Positions 10,402 through 22,400 of a stretch of 41,394 nt of DNA are shown piece by piece. The stretch is taken from NCBI GenBank assembly GCA_013239625.1, contig MU053432.1, positions 251,940-293,333 of the forward strand. Direction: 5' to 3'. The position numbers and the translations under genes are program-made. Under the pieces are notes generated by a model. The model did not search any database. It was not told where the DNA came from and was given only the letters and a program-made list of their open reading frames with translations. This DNA is from Lama guanicoe. Taxonomy: Eukaryota. The stretch's first letter is position 1. The number at the start of each line of letters is the position of its first letter.

Positions 10402-13400
10402 CTGCAGAGACAGCAAAGGCACAAAAGGTGGTGGGGTTACAGGCTGGAGGTGTGAATGGAGAGAAATGTGGGGCGATATCGGATACGAGAAGGGGCCATG
10501 GTGGACAAAGGTAAAAAGGGGATTCCTCAAGAGGGCAAGGCTCTGGGTCACTGGCTGCCATATCTTCCAGGGATCCAGGTTTTAACGTAGGTCCAAAGAG
10601 GACAATTCTCTGTGCCCCTTCCATCCACTCCACCCACGTTTCCCTAAACCATACGCACCTCCGGGCTCTTTAGGACACAAAGAAGAGACATCCGCTGACT
10701 CTATGTCTTGGACCAACCTATAAAGAAGAGAATGCTTGATCAATCCAGTGTCAGCATCCCCTTCCACCCTCCTCAGCACCAGTGAACATTCACTCATCCG
10801 GTACAGTCCCCATCATCTCATAAATCACTTTAAGAATTATCTGTCAACATTCTCTTCATCACCAAATTTTTCCCCAGTACCTCTTATAATCATGACACTT
10901 GCCACATCAAATTCTACAAATACTTCTAGCAGACTACAGAGAATTAAATTTGCTTGAGGTCTATCAGGAAGAAGTCTGGTGGGGGTGATTTAAAAGAAAC
11001 AAAGGGACTTTCCAAGAAATGTTAACTGGCTGTCCACAACCACAAGATCTCTCTGGAAATCTTCTCTGTTAAAAGATTTCTCTATTAAGGGAAAGAGAAA
11101 ATTTCTTTTCTATAAAAGCTAATCAAAATTCTGAGAGGGTCAGTAAGATGACTTTTTGTTTCAGAAAAATAGTTCGGCTAAGGATGCATCCGTGGTTGTC
11201 ACTAGCTCTCAGCTGGTACTGAACACAGGGGGAATGAATCATCCACAGAACGTGTGAAAGTGTAAAGACTGGACCCTGAGGAAGGAGCTGGATTCATACA
11301 TAAAACAGAAACAGACTCACAGACATAGAAAACACACTTATGGTTACCAGGTGGGAAGGGATGAACTGGGAGTTCGAGATTTGCAGATACTGACAGGTAT
11401 ATATAAAATAGATAAACAAGTACATACTGTATAGCACAGGGAAATATATTCAATATCTTGCAGTAACTTACAGTGAAAAAGAATATGGAAACGAATATAT
11501 GTATATTCATGTACAACTGAAGAATTGGGCTGTACACCAGAAATTGACACAACATTGTAAACTGACTATACTTCAATAAAAAGTAAAAAATTAAAAAAAA
11601 GCTGGATGGAAAAGGAACCAGTAAGGGAGACAGACTGGTGAGGTAGGGAGGAAAATCAGGAGAACGCAGAGTCCTCGGAGGCGAGAGGATCGTGTATTTC
11701 AAGGAGGGAAAGAGGGATTTGTCAGCTGTGAGAATGCTTCTAAGAGCTCTTGTAAAATGAAAACGAAGTGAATGACCATGTGGAAATCAATCACACAGTC
11801 AAGGAAGGTCCAGCAGAGAGGTGGAGACACTGATGGGACAGCACCAGATGGACAGACAGGTAAGTTAGCACAGACTGACAGATGGATACACAAGAGACCC
11901 TAAGAAACACACAAACAGAGACAGGGCAGCATTAACAGATGAGAAACACAGACAGACGTGGGTGGGCCGGAGCCCCAGGATATCAGGCGAGTGAGCAGCG
12001 CAGCCACTCACCCTCCACGCTCCCTGGCATGGGCCACACACGCATCCAGCCGGAAGCTCCAGGCGCAGACGGGGTCCTGGGCCAGGATGCACTCCGAGCA
12101 GCTCTGGAGACGGCCGCAGTCGGTTGTGTTCACTTGCGTCACCTCAGTTCGGGAGCCAATCAGGAGCCAGTTCTATGGAAAGGGAGTGGGGAAGAAGGAT
12201 GCACTGGGTCTCCCAGATCTCAGGGTCACAGACTGGCCCTGGACTCGGCCGTCTCCCCACCAGATTTGCTGAAAGCTACAACTCACTTGATACAATTTCA
12301 TACTGTCAACTGGCTGCGGCTCTGGGAATAGGGCCAGATCCTCGAGGACGCTGAGCTGGGCCCCGATCTGCACTGCTCGGTGGAGGTGTCCATCCCCTAG
12401 GAAGCAGGCAAGGGGCAAGACGTGGTAATGCAGGCATCCCTGTGCCTGTGACTCTGACACCTGTACGTATGGGGCCCCCGTGACAAGAGCCTGTGTGCAC
12501 TGGATAGGCAGCTTGCTTGGCCATGACACATACCTGTCCCCAGGTAGAGCACATCATACTCTTTCCCTGAGAGGCTGGGCACCCTGTGGGCCACGAGCCT
12601 GAGATAGGCTGTATCTGTAGTGACCAGCACGGAGTGGCCATCCGCTGGAAACACTGGCTTGTCCATGAGTGGGTGGTCCCGGATGAAGGTGAGCACACGG
12701 TCAGGCAGGAAGAGCGAGGAGCTGAACTGCTGGAGCTTCATGTTGTTGGTGATGCACTAGGGGGAAACACAGGGTGCACGGCCAGGCTTCCCAGGGGCCG
12801 GGAAGTGTCTGTGATGCTTAGATGGGCCTGGTCCTAAAGGGGCAATTCAGGCACCGCGTGGGATAAGGAACTGTCCCCTGCCCCCTCACCTCCCCGGGTC
12901 TGGGCTGCGGCACGTCATTGTCCATGACAGGCAGTCCCCTGTTGCAGTCATGTCTCAGCTCTCTGAAGGAACCATTCAGCACCGTCCGAATGTCTTGTGG
13001 GCGGAAGGCACACACAGCAGACATGGCAGCCCCTTCCCTAGAAGAGGCAGCCACATGTTCGAGCCAGATATTTGGAGGAAATTGGGGGAGGCAACTCACC
13101 CCGACAAATGCGATGCCGCACGAGAGATGCTCCAGGGCGCGGGGAAGCACCCCCGACTCCGGAGGACAGAGCTTTGACCCCACCGAGCCCAGGTGTCGCC
13201 CACCCTGTAACTCTCCACAGCAGGACCCCTCACCACTGGGAAGAAAAGATGCCATAAAAGATGGGGGTCCCTCCTCCGTGCGCAGGTCGAAGAATGGCCA
13301 TGTCCTGCAGGACGCTGGCGGCCTGGCCATGCTCAGGCCCTGGACACAGCAGGTCGGCCTTCAGAAAAGTCGTCCACTTCTGCTGGAGAGTCTTCCGGCC

Positions 13401-16400
13401 CCCAAGATCCCCCTGGGGTAACAAGCACATGGGAGTTCTCTTTAGAAGACCAACACTGGGGGAGGACTGCGGAGACCAACACAAGTTCCCCCAGACAGAC
13501 AGAGAGGGAGACAGACACACAGGACATCTGTCTATGCATGCAGGGCAGAGACACAGACAGAGTAACTGAGGAGGGCAGGGCGACAACAATGATGGTGACT
13601 AAGTTCACTGTGCACTTATGAATTACTGTACCTCGCGCTTTACATAATTTACCTCCTTTAGTCCTCAAAACAGCCCTCAGAGCTAGGCGTCATTAACACC
13701 CTCGTCTGTAAGGATGCTGCCCAGTCACAGAGGCAGTCAGCAGTGCGGCAGGGACCTGAACCCACGTCTGTCTGTCTATAGTTCCTGCCTTTAACCTCTG
13801 CACTACCTCCTGGGGACAGTGTCACAAGGGTAATTACGGGGGTAGAAGAGGCCAGAGTCCTTCCCCACATTCCTCAGGCTCCCAGAAAAGTAGCCAAGGC
13901 CCAGCAAAAAGGGAGACAGGGGACAGATGCAAAGACAGAGACCCAGAGAGGGAAAGACAGGACAACAGGCAGCAGAGCAAACAGGACAGGCAGCTGGGGG
14001 CAGAGCCTCACCGCGCACACACGGGCCACCCTCGGGACCTTAAAGTGCTCGTATGAGTCAAACGCTCGGGAAATCTCCGTAAAGAAGAAGTAGATTTCAT
14101 CGTCTCCGTCTTCATCCCCCCACTCGGCTGGGCTCAAGGCCACGGCTGCAGCGAAGGCTGGGGCTGGGGAGACCAGCGGCCTCAGATTCCACAGACACAG
14201 CCTGGGGCCACCCAGCCGCCACCCACTGTGTCCCCAGATAGCCAGCACTCCCTCCTCTCCCCACCGTTAAGCCAGGATGGCAAGGTCTCTGTGCGAATCC
14301 AGTCCTCAGCACGACCCACAGCCCGGGAGATGATCGACTGGGTCCCCAGGTAGTTTTTCACAGTGGCCGTGTAGAGGACGCCCCCTGCAAGGGCGACAGG
14401 ATGGAGAGGGACTGTCAGAGACTCACTGAGGAAGCAGAGGGGGTCGCAGGCCGAGCAGGGAGCACAGCGGGGGTAAGAAATCGCAGGCAATGCTAAGCAT
14501 GATGGCCACTGTCTCCCTTAAACAAAGGGCTACAGGGCAGTAAAGGGAACCAGGAACCAGTCCCTGTGGAAACTGAGATGTTTTTTGTTGTTGGTCTGTT
14601 TCTTGTTATTTTTAAGGCCTATCTATCCTGTAATATGCTAATTACACGGTAATTTTTCAGGAAGGGTTTGCTCTGCAGCACGTTCCCATCTCACTGGAGT
14701 TCTCCCGCTGTGTAAACTTCTGAGGGTCAGTGGGTGTGTGCGGCCGTGGAACAAGTCACAGCTTTAGCGTATGTTAGCATCACTTCAGGAACTGATCCAA
14801 ATGCAGATTCCTGGGCCCTGGGCCCAGCAATGCTCACTCAGTAGGGTTGGGGATGTGGCCCAAGAGCTACATTTCAAACAAGCAGTTGGAATTACCCCGA
14901 CATGGGTGGTTCAAGAGCTCACTTTGAGAAATACCAACCTAGAAGATCACTGCATGTCCCGCTGCCAGCCACGGGAAGCAACGAGGATCAGATCCTCTCC
15001 TGGTTCAGTTGGGGGACAGAAGTGCTCTAGGGACCGCGGGGATTGGAGAAGAGAGGGGATCACAGGCATTCTGGGAAGGAAGGGCAGCTGCAGCTCTGTG
15101 GGCTGAATGCCAGAGGACCAGAGCCACTCTGAGTAACAAGGCCAAGGCCTCGGATGTGAGTGGAGAAGTCACACAGGGGCAATAAAAGGTCACAGATCCC
15201 CTGGTGGAGTTCTGAGTATCACAGGGACTCTGGAGAGAACAGAGAAGCATTCCTTCATCACCTGTTACATAAAAGGCCCTGTGCTGGGTGCTAAGCATGT
15301 CACTGCCCCCCCCCCGCAAGAATTCCCACTGGAGTCTGGAAGACAAACTGGAATCAGACACCAGGTGGCATGGACTCAGATGTGTGCAGGAGCACAGAGG
15401 ACCCAGGCACGTCTCACTGGGGGAGCAGCATCTCAGAGGTAACGTCTGAGCTGCGTCTGAAGAATGAGCAATATGCTGGCCAGGACTTCAGAAGAGGGGA
15501 GCCGTGTTCAGGGATGTGGGGACCCCCCGTGGCTGAAGCTCTGGCAGGGCTCAGGGGCTCCGGGGCAAGTGAGCAGAGATGAGCCGGAGGGGTAGAGACA
15601 GGCACCCCACAGTGATGAGTCTGCTCTGCCAGGGAAATGTGCACTTTAGCCTAAAGGTGAGAATCAAACTGAGATTTTTCTTGAGGAGGAGTGACGTAAT
15701 GGTTTTGGTTTTTAAGAAGACAGTGCTAGTTACAAGGCCCTTCACACAGTCCAGGCAAGAACGGAGGGCCTGAACAAGGCACTGGCAGAGGGAGAAAGGG
15801 GGATGGATTGGGGGGCTATTTCAGAGGCAGAGCCCATTAACAAGATTTGAAAATCGACTGAGTATGAGATGTGAAAGAATGGAGTAAAATAACGCCTGTA
15901 AGGTTTCCACTTAGAGGATGGATGACAGTAGATGGTGATGCTATGAACCACGTGAAGAAATGGTAAAAGGCTCAGAAAGGAGGTGGCTGGAGAGAGGTGA
16001 GTTCAGTTGTTGGACACACTAAGGGTGAAGCACCTTCAGGACACCTGGTGGAGATACTGGAAGGCAATCAAACAGAAAGGTGTGGGCAACACAGGCAGCA
16101 GGGCCAGAGTCAGGCAGCTTGGTAGTCCTGACGGCCAGGGAGAAAGGAAATCGAGAAGAGAGCCCTGAGGCACCACCATTTGAAGGCAACTCAGAGAAGA
16201 TCGAGCCAGAGAGGCTGGAGGAGCCTTTTCTTGCTTGGGAACCCCAGCAGGACCCTGAGGGCACGTGCACTGAAGCAGCAGCGAGCAGGGCCTCTGTGGG
16301 GGGGCCCGGGGTCACAGAAGCTTGAGTGGAGCTGCATGTCTCAGGCATTGAAAAGATAACCACTGATACTTTGAAAACACTTTAATGCAGAGCAAAAAGG

Positions 16401-19400
16401 GCCAGGAGCCCTCTGAGGGCAACAAGGAAAGATTAGAAAATCCCTTCCTTACAGGGTAGGGAGGGGAGACTTGGGTTTGTGAAAAGAATCCAAGCACTTT
16501 GGGGCCAGGAAGGCTTGGGTCTGCACACTTACTACTAGTAAGATCTCAGGCAAGTTAACCTTCCTCAGCCCCGAGTTCCTCAAATGCAGACTGAGGAGCC
16601 CACTACCTTCCACTCAGAGGGGAGCTAAGGAGGCCGCCCCAGGCAGGGCCTGGCACATGGCTGCCATTCAATACGTGTTAGTTGCAGCTCCTTATGAACC
16701 ATAAGGGGCCATAGGCTTGATCTGCTGCCATAGGTGGGGAGGGGGTAAGGCGGGAAGCCCCATGGAAAAGACCAGCAGGACCCTCAGGCAGGACCACTAC
16801 CTCCTGCCAGGACCATCCGGTTCCCTGGCCCAGAGGCTCTATCTCACTTTTTGCCTCTGAGGCAGCTTACTTCTAGGAAACTGGAACTTACCCCTAAAAT
16901 TCTACTGGTTTCCTGAGCTCACTCCTGATTGGTCCATTTGTAGTACTTCATTTGCATGGAGCACACTCCTGATTGGTTATTTCTCTCCCTCCTGATTGGT
17001 CCATTTCTACAAAGCTTGTTCCTAATTAGTCAACTTTTGTTATACTTTATTTGCATATGATGTTGCAAAGTGTAAACTGGCAGCCTATAAAGGCCTGTGT
17101 AAGCCTACAGACGGGGTCCAGAGCTTGGAGTGTTAACTCCCTTGGGTCCACTGGCATAATAAACCTGAATTCTCCAACTCTCCGAGTTCTGCTTGGTCTC
17201 TCGACGGATCCAGGTTGCTGTCACAACTGAGTTGTAACACTAAGCTGTAACACTGAGCTGTGACACACTTTTCTGCAACAGGGGACAACCATAAAATGAC
17301 ATCCCATTCCCTTCCAGGTATGTCAGGAGGGGAAAAAAAAAATCAGGTTTGGGGCAAAGGTTCTGGCAGCAAACAGAGCAACAAATGAGGCAACCCTTAG
17401 CTCCAGGGGGGAAAAGTTGATATAGAAGCCAGAACTGTAATGAAAACTTTCCCTAAAAAGGTGTCATACACAACACTCTAAAAGCAAAACTCTTGACAGA
17501 AGCTGTGTCATGGATACCCTGAGAATGGGGGAAATGTGGTGGAGGAGACAGTTATGTATATTTTGGAAGCATTACTTGGTGTGTTTAGGCAGGGGGTGGG
17601 GGTGGGGGGAGTCATAAATATTCTAGAAACATGGAAAGGACCACAGATAACCATGCAAGGACCTAGTGGTGGACGGAGGTAAAGTCCCAAAACGTTCTCA
17701 GGGATCAATGACAGTCAATTTCACATATTCTTGTGCATATAATAAAATATCCCTGTATGTGCAACTGTTTGGCAAATTATTACTGAATAGATCAAGCCAG
17801 AAAACATGAAACACACATCTGCTATTGGCAAAAGCGGATGTGCAAAAGAGAGTGACGCCCACAGTGTCGAGCTCAGCGAACAAGCTGGTTAGAAAAAAAA
17901 GACCAGGCATAATTCAACCCAATTTTTAAAAATACGTATATATGTCTGCAGGCACAGGGAAGACTGAAGGAACTACAGCTCTACAGTGCTACTGATGTTT
18001 GTTTCTGACTAATGAAATTACAAGTGATTTTCATGTTCTTTGTACTTTTTTATATGCACTGAATTTTTTTTTTTTTTGTAGTTAGCATCTTTTCTTTTTA
18101 GAACCTTCCAAATTAAGACACTTGCATTTTGGAAATATAAGAGGAAAAATAATAAGATTGAAAGCCACCAAGATGAAGAATCACAGTCAAAGAAAAATCA
18201 CAATTACATGTGGAAACAGACCTCTACCTGCTCAGAGGTAGAGCCTGTGAATGTAGGTCTCCCACATATGTTAACAACCCAACACAGACAGGCTTGGATA
18301 TGAGCCATGATGGTGACTATTTCACTAAACGCTGGGGGGTTCAAATTTTCACTCTGGTAACAAAACGCTCACTTTCACACAAGGTTTACAATAGAAAGTT
18401 GCCATTTACTTGCTTTAAAAAGAGGGTTTTAAACATGACCTGGCCTTCCTTCCTCTACTCCTTTTTCTTCTCACAGTCAGAGCTTCACAGGAGAGACAGC
18501 TCCTGCCCTAATAGTCTCCATTTCCTTGTCTAAGGATTAAGCCAGCTGTATATATTTTTTCTTTTTAAACAGCCTAATACCAGGACATAATTATAGATCA
18601 TTGGAGACGCAGGGTTTACTCTGCTTTTTCCACTGCTGGCCATATAGGATTCCTGTAACTATCTTGTTTGGGTGTGTGAATGCTAGTATTGGGGCACACA
18701 CACATGGATTTAAGAGAAAAGCTTGACCCTAAAACGCTGGCAACACCCTAGTGCATTGGGAACACATGCAATACTCCAGGACAGATGCAATAATCACAAG
18801 ATGCAATCAGCCCAAAAGGAGACAATGAAAACACAAGATGGGCTGTCAAAGAGAAAGAGCAAAAGCTCCCTTCTTCTGTTCTTGATAAAAGCCCAATTTA
18901 TTACTGGATGTGATAGAGAGGACCAAAGATAACTGATCACTGTCTCCAGCTTGGGACCTTGGGTCATGGCACTGTGCACTCACAGGAGGGGACACTGGTG
19001 GAGGAGAAGGTCCGGGGTAGCTCAGTTTGAGATACGCTGATTTTGAGATTCCTGTGGTACACTGAATTGGAGATGTCTGGAAAGCAGCTGGATGTGAGGT
19101 CTGTAGCTCCAGATAATGGATGAGAAGTATCAAAATACAGTGGACACAGAACCCCTGGGGCTGGCTGACATCCCAATTACACAGAATGCAAGAGAAGAGG
19201 ATCTTGGGTGGAGCTCCAAAACTGAAAGGATGAGCAGAAGACAAAAATCCTACAGGGAAGACAGAAGGAACTGCGAACATCCTTGGGCTCCTGTTAATGT
19301 TACTGTCAAAACATCTGAATTTTTCCAAACTGGAATACTTCAAATAGAGACCTTGAGATCATTTTGTTAATCTTCTCTAAGATTAATGTTATATTTGAAG

Positions 19401-22400
19401 ACAAGATTTCTGAGGCTTTTTCCTAAAGAAATCCAAGACCAATAAACACGTGAAAAGCTGTTCACTCTCACTAATTGAAATGCAAATCAAAAGCATCAGA
19501 TTGGACTTTGGAGGAAGGCACTGTTGTATGTTTATTAACTATATTTTTAGGGACTGACAGGGTATAATGAAACAGGCCCTCTCACCACTGCTGGCAGGAC
19601 TAACTGGAGAGCAGTTTGGCCAAGACCATCAAGCATGATAAAAATCTTTTACATCCTTTGGCCCAGCAATCCTGCTTTTTGGATTAATTCATGCAGGTGA
19701 TTATATTCATGTAAAGGATTTACATAAACATTTATGTTAAAGGATTCCTTCTGCAACATTATTTATAAAAGAAATTATTTTAAAATCTGAATGTATAATT
19801 ATATGGGAGTAATTAAATAATTGTGCTCCATCCATATGATGAAAGAGAAAGTCATCATTAAAACTCATGTTTGAATAATTAAATTCTATGATGAGAAAAT
19901 GTTCAGCATACAATAGTAAGTGAAGTACACGTGATAATTCCAGCTTATTACAAATACACACAAGAGTGTAAGAAAACACTCCAAAATAATAACAGTGGCT
20001 AGCTGGTGATGACTGAATTACAATCAACTTTTCACTTTCTTCTTTATATATTTCTATATTTTCTCAATTTTCTATAATGCACATTGCAATTTTCATAATT
20101 TAAAGTAAAAAATGTTCCTGCTTTTATATTCTAATATTTTCATTACTAAGAGCTCTTTTTATCTCAAAATACCTCCATTATCCTTAAGAACAGCTGTATA
20201 GCTCTGAACTGGGAATTTTGATTCTAATTCTTAAATAATGTCGCCAGTATTTCCTATACTGCTATTTTCAAAACAGAGGGATAATGGATCAACACTGGAA
20301 GCTCCAACTAAACACTGGCACTTATGTCTGACCAAGAAAAAATATAAATCATAGCCTTCTCAAGAACTGCAGAGGAAAACTTGCAATATTGATACAGGCT
20401 ATTATTTGGATCTGAGACAGAAAAAGCCATGGAGGTTCTACGTTAACTGTCTTGAGCTAGTCATTCTAAACCATTAGAAAGTGATTTCTTATCACCTCCA
20501 TCAATCATCAGCTGAAAGGCAACACTGAATTTCATTATCTTGGGGAAAGGAAAAAAAAAGACTTGAAATCTCTTTGAAAATGTTCTTTGTTAAATATGAT
20601 CTTATTTATGAAATTTGTATCCATAGACTACAAGCTAATGTGAATCCAACTGCTGAGTGGAACGCAGACAAAATACACACAGAGGGTTGAATATACTTCA
20701 AGATCACTGCTTGAAACAAAAAGAAAAGTTAATTATTTTAGATTGTTGCCATTGAGAAGTCATTTTGTTGATTAACAATTATACAGCATCAAGAGACATT
20801 CACAGTTGCTAAAACTGAGAAATCTTTCTTAATGAGCCTAATGACTGGCTCAGAGTTTTGCCCAAAATGCTTGACAAAAAGCCAAGAAAAATAAACTATT
20901 AACTAAACTCTTATTCAGATATGTATGAGTATAAACAAGTCTCACTGATTTCAACTGTAGATGAATAATAAAAATGACAACCCAAATATTGTATCTACTA
21001 GCTATATACTTTATGTTCATTTTCCAAAATTGTTATTTCATTGCATTTTAGAAAAGGTAAATCACTGACACAATGAGTGATTTAATTCATATAGCTTTTA
21101 AGACTTTTCCTACAAATGAAGTCATGCATAAGAAAAGTTTCATTGTTAGATCTTTTAGCCCGATTTCTGTTTCCCATCAAATCCTGTCCAAAAGTATTGG
21201 TAAAAATTAACTTTATGATAAAGTTCGCAGGAACTTTAGCGATGAAAGGAGAAACAGTATGATGCATGATGCTAAGTCAACTGATTAGCTAGCTGGAGAA
21301 AATCAATTTGGATTCCCTTCTCATGCCATTTGTCAAAACAAGTTCCAAATAGATCAAAGAGTTAAATGTTCGGGGGGAAAATTTTGTTGTTGTTGTTGAA
21401 ATATAGTTGATTTACAATGTTGTGTTAGTTTCTGGTGCACAGCATGATGATTCAATTGCACATATAGAAATTCTTTTTCATATTCTTTTAGGGGAAAATT
21501 TTTTAAGAAGAAAATCTTATCTGCTCTCTAACTGAAGAAGGATTTAGCTTAAAAAATATAATCACAAAGAAAAAAATGTAGATTGGAACACGAATATCCT
21601 ACCTGAGGATCGGCCCAAGAACATGAGCAGAGGACTGACCAAAGAAGAAATAAAAATAGATGCTAAAACACAAAAAAAGCTCAACTTTGCTAATATTCAA
21701 AGACATGTAAATCAAAACAAGGTGCCATTTTTAGCTTCAAATTAGCACAAAATAAATTTAATGAGAATACTACAGTGTGGTGAACTTTATGTGAGAAAAA
21801 AACTCGCATTCACTGCTGATTTAGGGTGTAAATTGGTATACCCTTTCTAAAAACTCAATTAGCAACAGATAATGAGCCATAAAATATTCACACCCTTTAG
21901 CAGAGTAATCCAAGAGACTTAAGGACACAGTGTAAAGTGAGGATAAAAATTTATGGACAAAAATGTGCATTACAGTATTGCAGACAATAGCAAAAACTTT
22001 GAAGTAAACTAAATAAACTTGAAAATAAATGTACATGATTCAGAATTCCTTAATTAAATTATGGTATGCTCAGAGGATGAGTAGTATGGTGTCAGTAAAA
22101 TTTTTATCTACAAAGAATTTTAATTTTTTTTTTATCCTTCTGAGGGATACTTTTTTAAATTGTATTTTTTTCTTTTTTTTGATGTGGGGGTAGGTAATTA
22201 GGTTTATTTATCTTTGGAGGAAGTACTGGGGATTGAACCCAGGACCTTGTGCATGCTAAGCATGCACTCTACCATTTGAACTACACCCTCCCCACTAAAG
22301 AATTTTTTAATTATATAGAAATGCCTATGATATAAAGTTACATGACAATACTCACAACTGTATCCACGTTGCATGACATTTACAAGTTCATGAAACACAC

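Noticed and set aside
10402..10633. N-terminal part of the 280-aa ORF 9791..10633
   Set aside because: Intron 13 sequence that happens to be open; the real exon starts at the cag acceptor before 10401
11098..11110. aaaatttcttttc matching the L1 5' TSD at 34134-34146
   Set aside because: Low-complexity 13-mer inside intact SEMA4F intron 12 with no adjoining L1 poly(A); chance match
11939..13569. Plus-strand ORFs of 100-167 aa over SEMA4F exons
   Set aside because: Antisense shadows of GC-rich exons with no protein similarity
18222..18243. 8-bp hairpin ctctacct/aggtagag as a possible small RNA
   Set aside because: Short stem expected by chance in 41 kb; no convincing snoRNA boxes or miRNA-length stem
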